Source: Octopus bimaculoides
Taxonomy: Eukaryota
Assembly (NCBI RefSeq): GCF_001194135.2
Contig: NC_068999.1
Span: 8,372,624-8,422,932 of the forward strand
Direction: 5' to 3'
DNA: 50,309 nt
In this document: piece after piece, positions 25,177 to 36,971 of the stretch
Position numbering within the stretch: position 1 is the stretch's first letter
Layout of the letters: every line of letters starts with the position of its first letter
Translations under genes and position numbers: made by a program
Notes under the pieces: model-generated
Told to the model about the DNA's origin: nothing
Seen by the model: the letters and a program-made list of their open reading frames with translations, nothing else
Databases searched by the model: none

Positions 25177-26044
25177 TTGGTAACGACGATGATAGCAACA
25201 ATAATGATAGTGATGATAATGATGATGATGATGGTGACGATGATGATGATAATTTTGGCAATGACGATGATAGCGACAGTAGCGATAGTGATGACAGTGA
25301 CAAAGACAACGATGACGATGATGGTGATGATGACCGCATTATCTCTTCATTGTTCCAGCCAGAGCAAGCTGTACTTTAAAGAGATGTGTGGCCATAGTGG
25401 CTCTGTTTTCTTTGAGTAATTACCACATGTAGAATTAATTCTGTTGACTCTTCTTTTCCAAATAATATGTATTTGAAGCACTTTCACAAACAATTGATGT
25501 TTACTAGTTGCTGCTGGTAGTAGTAGTAGTGGTAGTAGTGGTAGTAGTAGTAGTAGTAGTGGTGGTGGTGGTGGTGGTGGTGGTGGTGGTGGTAGTAGTA
25601 GTGGTGGTGGTAGTAGTAGTGGTGGTGGTAGTAGTAGNNNNNNNNNNNNNNNNNNNNNNNNNNNNNNNNNNNNNNNNNNNNNNNNNNNNNNNNNNNNNNN
25701 NNNNNNNNNNNNNNNNNNNNNNNNNNNNNNNNNNNNNNNNNNNNNNNNNNNNNNNNNNNNNNNNNNNNNNNNNNNNNNNNNNNNNNNNNNNNNNNNNNNN
25801 NNNNNNNNNNNNNNNNNNNNNNNNNNNNNNNNNNNNNNNNNNNNNNNNNNNNNNNNNNNNNNNNNNNNNNNNNNNNNNNNNNNNNNNNNNNNNNNNNNNN
25901 NNNNNNNNNNNNNNNNNNNNNNNNNNNNNNNNNNNNNNNNNNNNNNNNNNNNNNNNNNNNNNNNNNNNNNNNNNNNNNNNNNNNNNNNNNNNNNNNNNNN
26001 NNNNNNNNNNNNNNNNNNNNNNNNNNNNNNNNNNNNNNNNNNNA

Positions 26045-26258
26045 TGGAAGACCAGCAGTTGCCCTCCAAACCACAGATGTAATCCAAGGCAAAGGCAAAG
26101 GGGCCGATACAGCTTGGTACCTGTGTCATCGCAACCCATTTCTACAGATGAGCAAACAGGAGCAATGTGAAATAAAGTGTCTTGCTCAAGAATACAACAT
26201 ACAGCCCGGTCTGGGATTCGAACCCACTACTACATGATTGTGAGCCATGCACCTTCAC
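26045..26258 (-). mobile_element. Family E tRNA/CORE-like SINE
   Basis: The minus strand reads GGTTCGAATCCCAGACCGGGC...TTCTTGAGCAAGACACTTTATTTCACATTGCTCC; related copy at 45860-46025. Confidence 0.7.
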
Positions 26259-26699
26259 TATCTATCTATCTATCTATATATATATATATATATAGATAGG
26301 TTGAAAGACAGATAGATGGATGGATGAATGGATGGGCTGACACAGACAGACAGATTGATAGATAGACTGAAAGACAGACAGACACATAGATAGATAGATG
26401 AGATAGATAGATAGATAGATATACATAGAGATAGACAGATAGATAGATAGACTGAGACAGACAGGCAGATTGATAGATAGATGGAAAGACAGACAGACAC
26501 ATAGATAAATAGAAAGACAGACAGACAGATAGATGGACAGCTAGTTATGCATATGTAGATGTGAATATAATTCTGCTGAACTATAGCAGAGGAGAAGCAT
26601 TGAAAAGGGGGTAATAGTTTTAAAATGTAAAGTTTGAGGAGCAGCAAACTGTATTATCAAATGTACCCTTTTCTTTAACCTTTTGATATGCCCTTTCTT

Positions 26700-26929
26700 T
26701 TAACCCTTTTGATGCCAACCCCAGTTCTGTGAATCAAACCTCTGGCTTTAAAGCAATCCGAATTAATATCTTCCACCAAAATAATATGCTAATTTATGTT
26801 GCAAACGGCAGTTTAATAGCAACAGTTATTTTCGTAAATTTGTCATAGCTTTTAAAATTAATCAAAACGAAGTTGGTATATTCCGACAGAAATATAGTTT
26901 TAAAAAAAAATGATTAGAAAGAGGATTAA
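26700..26929. mobile_element. TTAA-flanked AT-rich MITE (piggyBac-like)
   Basis: Begins TTAACCCTTTT and ends GGATTAA; related internal sequence at 18175-18340 and 44000-44240. Confidence 0.55.
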
Positions 26930-27524
26930 ATTAGTCTGGGTGTGATTTGAGGCAATTTGACTGCTATTTCTAGCAGACTGAGTGACTCTTAGGCTCATTG
27001 CTGTTGTTTTTATGCCTGGTGTTGTCGGTGCAAGCTGCATCAACAGAATTGCTTACAATAACACATCACAAGGCTTTCTTCATACATGAATGGTACAGAC
27101 ACACATGTAAATCGTGTGTATGTCTGATATTCATTTGCACCATGGTATATACGAGGCATGTAGAGTGAAGTATGTATGCATATGTGCACACATGCATGCA
27201 TGCACACATGCATAGAGAAGCCTGCAATATTTAGGTGCATGCCTGGTTAGGTATGTATCTAAATGTGCGTGTGTATAAATGTATATAAATATGTATATAA
27301 ATGCGTACATATGTGTGTGTGTATATACTTGTATGTATGTGTGTGTGTGTGTGTGTGTACATATGTATGTGTGTGTATATTTGCATGTATGTATATATAT
27401 ATGTATTTATATAAATGTGTCTATATTTGTGTATTTGTTTGTTGGTGTGTAGTGATGTGTATTTATGTATATATGTATGTACATGTGTATATGTGTGTGT
27501 GTGTGTATATATAATGTATATATA

Positions 27525-28037
27525 GGTGCAGGAGTGGTTGTGTGGTAAGTAGCTCGCTTACCAATCACATGGTCCCGGCCTCAGTCCCACTGCATGGCAC
27601 CTTAGACAAGTATCTTCTGCTATAACGTCAGGCCAGCCAAAGCTTTGTGAGTGGACTTGGTAGATGGAAACTGAAAGAAGCCTGTCATATACATATATAT
27701 ATANNNNNNNNNNNNNNNNNNNNNNNNNNNNNNNNNNNNNNNNNNNNNNNNNNNNNNNNNNNNNNNNNNNNNNNNNNNNNNNNNNNNNNNNNNNNNNNNN
27801 NNNNNNNNNNNNNNNNNNNNNNNNNNNNNNNATATGTGTGTGTGTGTGTGTGTTTGCGCAAACCATCGCTTGACAACCAATGTCGGTGTGTTTACATCTC
27901 CATAACTTAGCAGTTCGACAAAAGAGACCGATAGAATAAGTACTAGGCTGACAAAGGATAAGTCTTGGGGTCGATTTGTTCGATTAAAGGCAGTGCTCCA
28001 GCATGGCCACAGTCAAATGACTGAACCAACAAAAAAA
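27525..28037 (+). mobile_element. Family B tRNA-derived SINE, full length, with internal (TA)/(TG) microsatellite
   Basis: Head GGTGCAGGAGTGGTTGTGTGGTAAG...CAGTCCCACTG, CORE-like ACCTT(G/A)G(G/A)CAAGT, internal microsatellite plus gap, 3' half GACAACCAATGTCGGTGTG...AAGAGACCGATAGAATAAGTACTAGGCT...CAGCATGGCCACAGTCAAATGACTGAA. Confidence 0.88.
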
Positions 28038-30555
28038 TATATATGCATGTATGTGTGTGTGTATATATATGTATGTGTGTGTATGTATGCATATATAAGT
28101 ATCTATGTATTCGTGTACATACATTACATTACTGCTTATGCATACATTAAAGTTCTGCACTGACGCACACACCTATTGTGTATGTGTGTGTGTGTCAGTG
28201 AGTTTACATGCATATGCATGCTTGCATATTACGTGCACAGATCACAGCTTTGCATGCACCGTGCCTACACCACACACACATGCACATAGGCACATAACAC
28301 ATATACATACATGCTTGTATCGCACACAAAAACGCTTAACCCCGACATACACACAAACCCCATGTGCACACTTAAACTCACTCGTGTGCTGCATGCGCAC
28401 GCACAAGCAAGTGACACATCGCACGTATACAGACTACATGCAACGTACATATTTCTCATTTACACACACACAGTTGCTCTCTCTCTCCCTCATACCACAA
28501 ACATGCACATATATTATTGAAATATCACTCACACACACACATGCACATACATGCACATACAAAACAGATAAAGCACACACATGCACACACACACACAACA
28601 TACACACACATAGAAAACAGACAAAACACATGCACACGCACACACACACAACATGCATGCACACACATATAAAACACAAAACACACACACATGCAGAAAT
28701 GCAACATGCACACACAACACACACAAACAGAAATGCAATATGCACACACACACCAGAAACCATGTGCACTTACACCATACTTCTACACTCTTGCACTCAC
28801 ATGCATGCATGCATTGACATGCACCCACCCACTCACATGCATGCATGCATTGACATGCACCCACTCACACATGGGCAGTTGCACACACACACACACCATC
28901 CAGCTATGCACGTGACACATACGTATACACAAAGCAAAGATATATGCATATACACATGCTGGTATATGTACACCACATTTTCTTGCAGAGCACATATGTA
29001 CATGCAAAAATGTGCATGCACAAAACACACACATGTGCATAGACATGTTGCACACAGCAATATCGGTGCTCACACACATGCGCTTGTGAGGTGCATGTGC
29101 AGGCAGATCTCACAATTATAGTTACAGAGCACACATGCATATACACAAAAGCACTTAGGCACACACACACACACCTATGCATGTACACAGACACACGCTC
29201 GCTCACATAAATATAGATATACGCATTCACACATGCGCATACATGCAAACACGCACATACACATGCGTGTGCGCTATGTCGCCAGTGAGGACATGTGTCA
29301 GATGCACTCAGTGCAGTGCTTTTGTCTAATTTGTTTACAGATGTTTCTTAGGATAATCTTGTCTCCAAACGACAAGTGTCCCTGTTCTGTTTGATTTAGT
29401 GGACGTAGATAGATAGGTAGGTAGGTAGGTAGGTAGATAGAGAGAGAGAGAGAGAGAGAAATAGATAAGGATAGATAGATAGATAGATAGATAGATAGAC
29501 ACAAATGGATAGACAGACAGACAGACATAGATAGACAGACAGACAGATAGATAGATAAATAGATAGATACATACACACACACACACACAGATAGATAGAC
29601 AGACAAATAATGTGCTAGTGGGAGAAAGGTATAGATATATAGAATGGAGAGGAGAAAGTGACAGTATCAGGGAAAATTAGATAAGAGGGGGTTAGTTTGA
29701 GATGAGAGAGAGAGAGAGAATAGTTTGAAATAAGAGAGAGAGAGTTTGAGAGAGAGAGAGAAAGATAAATGTAAGGTAATAGTGTGAAATGATTGAGGGT
29801 TAGAGAGAAGGGAAAAAGAATGGGAAGAAAATAAGAGAAAGTGAGATGAGAGGGAGAGGGAGAGACATACAGACAGAGAAACAAAGAAAGTTGGATAAGG
29901 GAGGGATAGTCTGAGATGAGAGAGAGAGAGAGATAAAAGGGTGAGAGGTAGTTAGAAAGAAAGTAAGAGTAAGGGAAAGGAGAGAGAGAGTGAGAAGGAG
30001 AGAGACAGAGAGAGAGAGGGGAAGAGAGACACAGAGATAGGTACATAGTGAGGGAAAGGAGAGAGAGAGGTAACAAGGCAGACAAAGAGAGGAAGAGAGA
30101 CATAGAAAGGGGTACAGGGTGAAGGAAAGGAGAGAGAGGTAACAAGGCAGACAAAGAGAGGTGGAGAGAGAGAGAGAGGGGTAGCAAGACAGAGAGAGAG
30201 AGAGGAAGAGAGACACGGAGAGAGGTACAGAGACAGAGAGAGATACAGAGAGAGGTATTGAGGCAGACAGAGAGAGAGAGAGTGAAACAGAGAAATGTAG
30301 AGAGACAGAGAGAGAAGTAGAGAAATGGAGGGGGAGAGAGAGAGGTAGAAAGACAGAGAGAGAGGTAGAAAGACAGAGAGAGAGGTGAAGAGATAGAGAG
30401 AGAGAGATGTAAAGTGTGTGAGAAGTATAGAGAGAGAGAGAAAGACAGACAGACAGAATGAGGAAGTGATTGAGAGAGAAAAGAAATGCATGTGATATTG
30501 ATTGGAAAGATCACCCTACATCTCCACACAGTGTTCTGTAAGAAGAAGTAGTAGT

Positions 30556-30603
<48 letters not shown>

Positions 30604-30869
30604 TATTGTTGTAAGTTGTTGCAAGAGGTTTCCATTGTAGAAAGACAGCTGCCAAGTGGCCACAGCTATGCTGTGGCAGCACTGAATGCCTTGNNNNNNN
30701 NNNCCCCCACCACCACCACCATGCACATGCACACACACACACCACTCTCGTGCCGTCTGCCCATACGGTCAGACTTTGAATCATGCCAGTATTTAATTTT
30801 GGCTTGTGTCCGCTCAGCATTGTTAGTAAGATGCACATCAACATCATCATCGTTCTCGTCATCGTCGTC

Positions 30870-31095
30870 GTCATCGTTTTAATGTCCAATGTTCCGTGCT
30901 TGCATGGGCTTGGCTGAAATTTATCGAGGCAGATTTTTCTATAGCTGGATGCTCTTCCTGTCGCCAAACCTTACCTGTTTTCACGCATGGTAAAATAATG
31001 CGTCACATGGCCAGACATGTTCTTTCAGGATTGCAGAAATGAATGACACTGCTTGTATGACAGTGACAATCATTTACGGCTGTCATGGTATGTCA
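30870..31095 (-). mobile_element. Family A variant
   Basis: Plus strand shows TTTAATGTCCAATGTTCCGTGCTTGCATGGG...CTATAGCTGGATGCTCTTCCTGTCGCCAAACC. Confidence 0.7.
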
Positions 31096-31420
31096 AAACA
31101 AGGCGAACCTTAAGTCCGACAGGGGCAGCCTTAACCTTCTCCTAACCAAAAGAGTTTCTCATGCTATTATTTGTAGCATTTATAAGGCAGCAAGCTCGCT
31201 GAATCTTTAGCATGTCGGGTGAAATGCTTAACAATATTTTATCTGTCTTCACGACTAAATCTTGTAATTTTTTATTCTCTGTTTATTTCCTTGTGTTCCT
31301 TTCTGTTGAAGAGCGTAGGCTCAAAACATAAAAGACTCTCTCATTTTCCTAAGCATCAAACTAATACACCTGCTTGTTGTTCATACTCCTGTCTTCGTCT
31401 TTTGCTTTTCTGTAAATTTC

Positions 31421-31461
<41 letters not shown>

Positions 31462-32514
31462 TAGGTAGGTAGGTGTGGTTAAGGGGGTTACTTCTCAATC
31501 AGGAAGTCTCAGGTTCAGTCCCACTGTGCAGTACTTTGGGCAAGTATCTTCTATTATAGATGCCAGACTAACCAAAGGCTTGTCGAGGGTTAGCAACAGG
31601 AAAGGCATTTTAACCATAGAAAATCTACTTTGTCAAATTCTGTCTGACCACTCATTCTGACCCATGCGAGGATGGAAAAATGGACATTGAATGATGGCAT
31701 AGAAAATTCCTTGTAAATATCTCTGTGTTTTTTTTTCTCCTTCTCCCTCCTCCTCTTTCTCTCTTCTCCCTCCTCCTCTTTCTCTCTTCTCCCCCTCATC
31801 CTCTCTCTCCTCACTCTCCTCACCCCATCTCCCTGTCGTACATCCTCACAGCTCTCTTAAAAACCTGCTTTGTTAGTTAATTATAACATTGTCATTACAC
31901 TTCCATTCCCCAGTTAAGAAAGCTGTTTTAGAGTCGTATTTGAAAACCCAATTAATTACAAAACATTAATTAGCCGATTCCCTCATTTTTCAAAAGAAAA
32001 TACTAGCTGCTACTACATTCTCTATTATCCTATTTTCTAATGGAGTAAAAACCCACCTCACCGCTTGGAATCAGGAAAGACCAGTGATTTGGTTCACTTC
32101 AAATGAAGAGCTATTTCTGTTACGGTCGTGCTTCATCGTGTATTGAAAGGACGGGGTTTGTTTTTTTTTTGTTTGTGTTGATATTTCTCACGTATTTTTG
32201 TCCTTGTTATTTGTTTGGTTGTTGTAGTCGCTTTCTTTTTTTTTTTTAGTTTTTTTTTTTTTTTCAGTTTATATTTATCTATTTACTGTTCTATAACATT
32301 TGAACTCTCCTCTTGAATTATGGCAGCTTCGTTTGTTCATTTATTTCTGTTTCATTACCCATAATCCATCTTAAATACTCTGAAGTGTTGTTGGCTGTTT
32401 GCTAGGTCTGTGCAACAATGTTTGAATGTATCTAAACTACTCCTCCCCTCAAAAACTATTGGCCCTGTGCCAAAATTTGACACCATTATTATTATTATTA
32501 TTATTTTATTACTA

Positions 32515-32705
32515 TCAATCTTGCATGGTATTTCCTATTTGCCTTAAGAAGTCTTGACATTTCAATAGGATTGAACCCAACGCTTCGATCACCACTGGTA
32601 TCCCTTTTACATTACCCCCTCGCATTCTATACAGCTTTGCCATTTCCACTTTCAATTCGGAGTACTTGGTGATTTTTTTCAACCTCTTTACTCGCAACAT
32701 GCATA
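32515..32705 (-). mobile_element. RLE-type (R4/Dong-like) non-LTR element, endonuclease C-terminus fragment
   Basis: KEVEK/ITKYSELKVEMAKLYRM...IPVVIEALGSI. Confidence 0.75.
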
Positions 32706-33087
32706 AGAGCTAAGGAGAAGAGAAAGGAAGACTATCTTGAAATGAGAATGCATGGACAGTTTGAAAGGGATATGCAAGACATTAAGGATAATACAGCATC
32801 GTGGGTATGGCATGAGCGAGGTGATTTGAAACATACCACCGAAAGCTTGATCATTGCTGCACAAGACCAGGCTTTTGCTACCAATTCAGTGAAGTATAAC
32901 AACTATAAAACTTCTGACATGCAGAAATGCAGACTCTGTGGAAAATGTGACCCACTTGGTAAGTGGATGTGAGCGCCTTGCACAAAAAGAATACAAGTGC
33001 CTCCACGATAAAGCGAGTGTGTATCTTCATTGGCTCTTATGCCGTAAATACCAATATGAAGTAACAGAGATCATTGATGTAGCCATA
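32706..33087 (+). mobile_element. RLE-type (R4/Dong-like) element, CCHC zinc-knuckle region, frameshifted
   Basis: MHGQFERD...WHERGDLKHTTESLIIAAQDQA...CRLCGK / ENVTHLVSGCERLAQKEYKCLHDKA..LHWLLCRKY...IIDVA. Confidence 0.85.
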
Positions 33088-33333
33088 ACTCCAAGCAATG
33101 CTGATTTTTGTAGGTGTTCTACCTTCACACTTGCACCAATCTTTTTCAGCCATGCTGGTAGTTGAGTGCTGGTACTTCCAAGTGCACCAATAACTATTGG
33201 TATCATGTCTACTCTCCTCATTGACCACAACCTTCATATTTCCCCACTTCAGATCATCAAAGTTGTTTATTTTTTCTCCTTCTTTCGCATTGATCCTGTT
33301 GTCACTGGATCAATGCTATGTCAGTTACCAGGC
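33088..33333 (-). mobile_element. RLE-type element, second endonuclease C-terminus fragment
   Basis: TDIA..SDNRINAKEGEKINNFDDLKW / RLWSMRRVDMIPIVIGALGS...VEHLQKSALLG. Confidence 0.8.
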
Positions 33334-33699
33334 ATGTTCTTTCTTTGCTATTATTACCATTATTAATTATTATTATTATTATTATTATTCATTGTTTAAC
33401 GTCCGCTTTCCATGNNNNNNNNNNNNNNNNNNNNNNNNNNNNNNNNNNNNNNNNNNNNNNNNNNNNNNNNNNNNNNNNNNNNNNNNNNNNNNNNNNNNNN
33501 NNNNNNNNNNNNNNTATATATATACATATATATATATATACAGACATACACACTGCGTTTTTGTTTACATTCTTTATTCTAAATCCATTGTTTGAATCAT
33601 TTCACATGGGAACATGAAATTTTGTTTTATTTTTAATTTATATTTTTTTCCTCTCATTCTTTACTATTATTATTATTATTATTATTAATTTCTATAGTC

Positions 33700-34044
33700 T
33701 TAAATAAAGATTTGTTAATTAATAACTTCAACATGTTCGTTCCTTCAATTTTTATTGTGTCCTGAAAATTTTTGTTTGAAAAATTTAAACGTTGATATTT
33801 GTGTCTACAGGTAATTATAACGTCAGATATTTTATTGAGTAAACTATTTTTGTTGGCTCGGATTATGTGGATCGCCTCCTCTGTGCATAAATTCCAATTC
33901 CTCGTGTGTTTATTATATGTTGTGGCTTTCCTTGTTATAGACCAATTCATACTAAATTCTTTGTTGTTCATTTTTAATCTATTGATGTAGGTTGCTAGTG
34001 TAGTTGAGCTTTTTGTTTCATGGTTAGTGAACAAGTTGGATGAA
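33700..34044 (-). mobile_element. Penelope-like element GIY-YIG endonuclease C-terminal fragment
   Basis: STTLATYINRLK..NKEFSMNWSITRKATTYNKHTRNWNLCTEEAIHII...LLNKISDVIITCRHK resembles the PLE C-terminal CxLC..E..LLNKRSE...CRH signature. Confidence 0.75.
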
Positions 34045-34390
34045 AGGCAAAGTGGACCTATGCGGAATTTGAACTCAGAACATAATGGCAGATGAAAGAC
34101 CGCTAAGCATTTCACCTGGTGTGCTAATGATTCTACCAGGTTGCTGCCTTTGTATTGCAAAATTACTTTGGTTCTCTGCATTCTAAGTTCATTCTGTACC
34201 AGAGTTGATAAAGTACCAATCTAATATTGTGATCGATTTTTTTCTCTCCCTCTCCTCCCTCCCACCTTCTTTCCTTCTCTCTACCTCTTTCTCACTCTCC
34301 CTATTTCTCTTGCATTAATTGGCTGTCATCAGATCTAGAGACAAATGGAATCCGTCGTTTAAAATTCACAATGCTTGTTGTTCTAACAAC

Positions 34391-34428
<38 letters not shown>

Positions 34429-35388
34429 CTAGAAAGATAGATAGATAGATAGACAGACAAATAGATAGATAGATAAACACACGTGTGCTTATGTATGTAT
34501 GTATGTCTACCTGTCCCTCTGTCTGTTTGTATGTATGTATGTATGACATGTCACACATATATCCTCTGAATATGGTTTGAATATATTTTTGAAAATGAAG
34601 TTTATTGGCATATGTAATTGATGCTCTAGACAAAAATATAGTAAAAAAAATTTCTTCTGATAGAAATCCCTGGCAAAGACAAAGAACTGTAGTCTGAACT
34701 TGGCTTGGTATATTCCTCTGAGAATAAATATTATATTGTATAATATGAGAAAGAAATCAAATGACCAGAGCTTCTCTCAGCTTGGCAACACAACAAGAAG
34801 TGTTTTATTTGTTTGGTATATATTATATCTCTTGTAATATGTGTGTTGGCTTGTTACACAATTTTGTTGGAATTCAAACAATTAGGTTTCTAGAAGTATG
34901 TGCCCCAAAATGCCAACAAAAAAAAAAGGGTTATCTGCCAATTTTTCTTGCCCATCATTTAATATTAATAACATTTTGGTGCGAATGGTAAGTGAAATGG
35001 CAGTGGTGGGGATACGAGGGCAGGCAGGAGATGTGTGTGTGTGTGTGTGGCGCTGTGGTGAGGGTTCTTTGGAGTTTTGTTTGTTTGTTTTTATCATCAT
35101 CTATCAGCCATAAGTTTGTTTCATAATTACTTTAATTATTAATCTGAATGATCAAAACAGAAAATGATATAAAGAAGTGGAATTTTACTTAATCTGAGAA
35201 CAATCACTGTATGTATGTGTGTGTGTGTGTGTGTGTATGTAACCCATGCCAGCAGGGAAAATAGATGTTAATGATGATGATAATGATGATTCATATATAC
35301 TATATATATATTACATATGATATAGATAGATATATTATGTATATAATATATATTATCATATATATATCATCATCATCAACATCATCAT

Positions 35389-35763
35389 CGTTTAACGTCC
35401 GCTTTCCATGCTAGCATGGGCTGGACGATTTGACTGAGGACTGGTGAAACCAGATGGCAACACCAGGCTCCAATCTGATTTGGCAAAGTTTCTACAGCTG
35501 GATGCCCTTCCTAACGCCAACCACTCAGAGAGTGTAGTGGGTGCTTTTACATGCCACCGGCCAGTCAGGCGGTACTGGCAATGGCCACGCTCAAAATGGT
35601 GTATTTTATGTGCCACCCGCACAAGAGCCAGTCCAGGGGCACTGGCAACGATCTCGCTCGAAAATCCTACGAAGGCCAGTCAGGCGGTACTGGCAACGGC
35701 CATGCTCAAAATGGTGCATTTTATGTGCCACCCGCACAAGAGCCAGTCCAGGGGCACTGGCAA
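35389..35763 (-). mobile_element. Young family A copy with multiple hairpin units
   Basis: Near-identical reverse complement of 614-958, extending further 5'. Confidence 0.88.
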
Positions 35764-35774
35764 CAACAGATACA

Positions 35775-35995
35775 GGATGGCCACCACTAACACCAACACA
35801 GACATCACTAAAATAATTCTACTAAATATTGGAGGGCTGTTGCACAGCAACTGTAAGACAAAGTCTCGTCTCTGAGACTGCATGCAATCAAGTTCTATGC
35901 ATAGCGCTTATGGAACTGCATCTTAGGCCTGATATAAGGGATGCAGAAATACACATATCACAATATGTTGTAATATGCTCAGATAGAAAAGAAAA
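35775..35995 (+). mobile_element. LINE apurinic-like endonuclease (APE) N-terminal fragment, frameshifted (CR1/L2/Jockey-like)
   Basis: KIILLNIGGLLHSNCKTK, then in the next frame IALMELHLRPDIRDAEIHISQYVVICSDRK. This fits the APE motifs LN(I/V)xGL, ETHL and EI.I..Y...R.DR. Confidence 0.7.
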
Positions 35996-36264
35996 CTGCC
36001 ATAATATAATATATATATATATATATATACTAATAATAATAATAATAGGTTCAGGTGTGGCTGTACGGCAAGAAGTTTGTTTTCCAACCATACACTTCTG
36101 GGTTCTAAACCACTGCAAGGCATCTTAGGCAAGTGTCTTCTACTATATCCTGACTAACAATAAAGAAGTGCTATTGAACCAGTGCAAGTGTTATCATTAT
36201 TATTGATTCAATGACCCTCCCAAGGCACAAAAAGATCACACACCATTATTTTTTGAACAAATAT

Positions 36265-36720
36265 CTCAGTCAGTTTTAATTTAGAAAGTCATAGACAAGG
36301 TTTTAATTACATAGATAAGTTGTTCAATTTTAATTAACAAACATAGATGTTTTTCTAGACAGACATCTAATTCTGTTTTAATTAACAAACACAAACAAGT
36401 TTTATTTTGCACACAGTTAATTAATAAACACAGACAAGATTTACTACAAAGTTATCTTCAATTTTAATTACTAATTCCAGGTAGTTTAAACAACATAGTT
36501 AATTCAGTTTTATTTAACGATCACAGATAGTAATTAAAAAAACTGATAGCTAATTCAGTTTTAGTTAACAAACATCAAGAAGGTTTATTACATGTATATC
36601 TAACAGAGTTTGTTACACAAATAATTAGTCAAATTTTAATTAATAAAAACAGACAAGGTTTTCCTAGTCAGATAATTATTTCCATTTTAATTAATTAAAA
36701 CAGATAAGGATTATTATTAG
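36265..36720. repeat. Degenerate AT-rich tandem repeat (TTTTAATTAACAAACACAGA-like), resumes at 38186-38340
   Basis: The TTTTAATTA(A/C)..AAAC motif recurs at roughly 40-55-bp spacing. Confidence 0.65.
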
Positions 36721-36729
36721 ATACATATA

Positions 36730-36930
36730 AGGCAGTGAGCAGGCAGAATCATTAGCACGCTGGGCAAAATATTTAGCGATATTTTGTCCACCTGGACATT
36801 CTGAGTTCAAATTCTGCTGAGGTCGAATTTGCCTTTCATCCTTTCGGGATCAATAAATTAAGTACCAGTGAAACACTAGGGTCGGTGTAATCAACTGGCC
36901 CCCTCCCCTCAAATTTCATGCCTTGTATCT
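36730..36930 (+). mobile_element. Family C SINE, variant 1
   Basis: Full head-body-tail; further copies at ~1975-2110(-), 13800-13950(+), 22270-22440(-), 34045-34150(-), 42335-42545(+) and 46470-46680(-). Confidence 0.82.
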
Positions 36931-36971
36931 TAAGCAGAAAAGCTTATTAGGTATGTATCTGTTTTAATTAA

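Noticed and set aside
24973-25419. Asp-rich / Met-rich ORFs
   Set aside because: Products of a (GAT)n microsatellite; no splice or homology support.
34300-34345. CTGATGA...GAAA hammerhead-like motif on minus strand near the Penelope fragment
   Set aside because: Stem II does not pair (only 2 bp) and stem III is weak.
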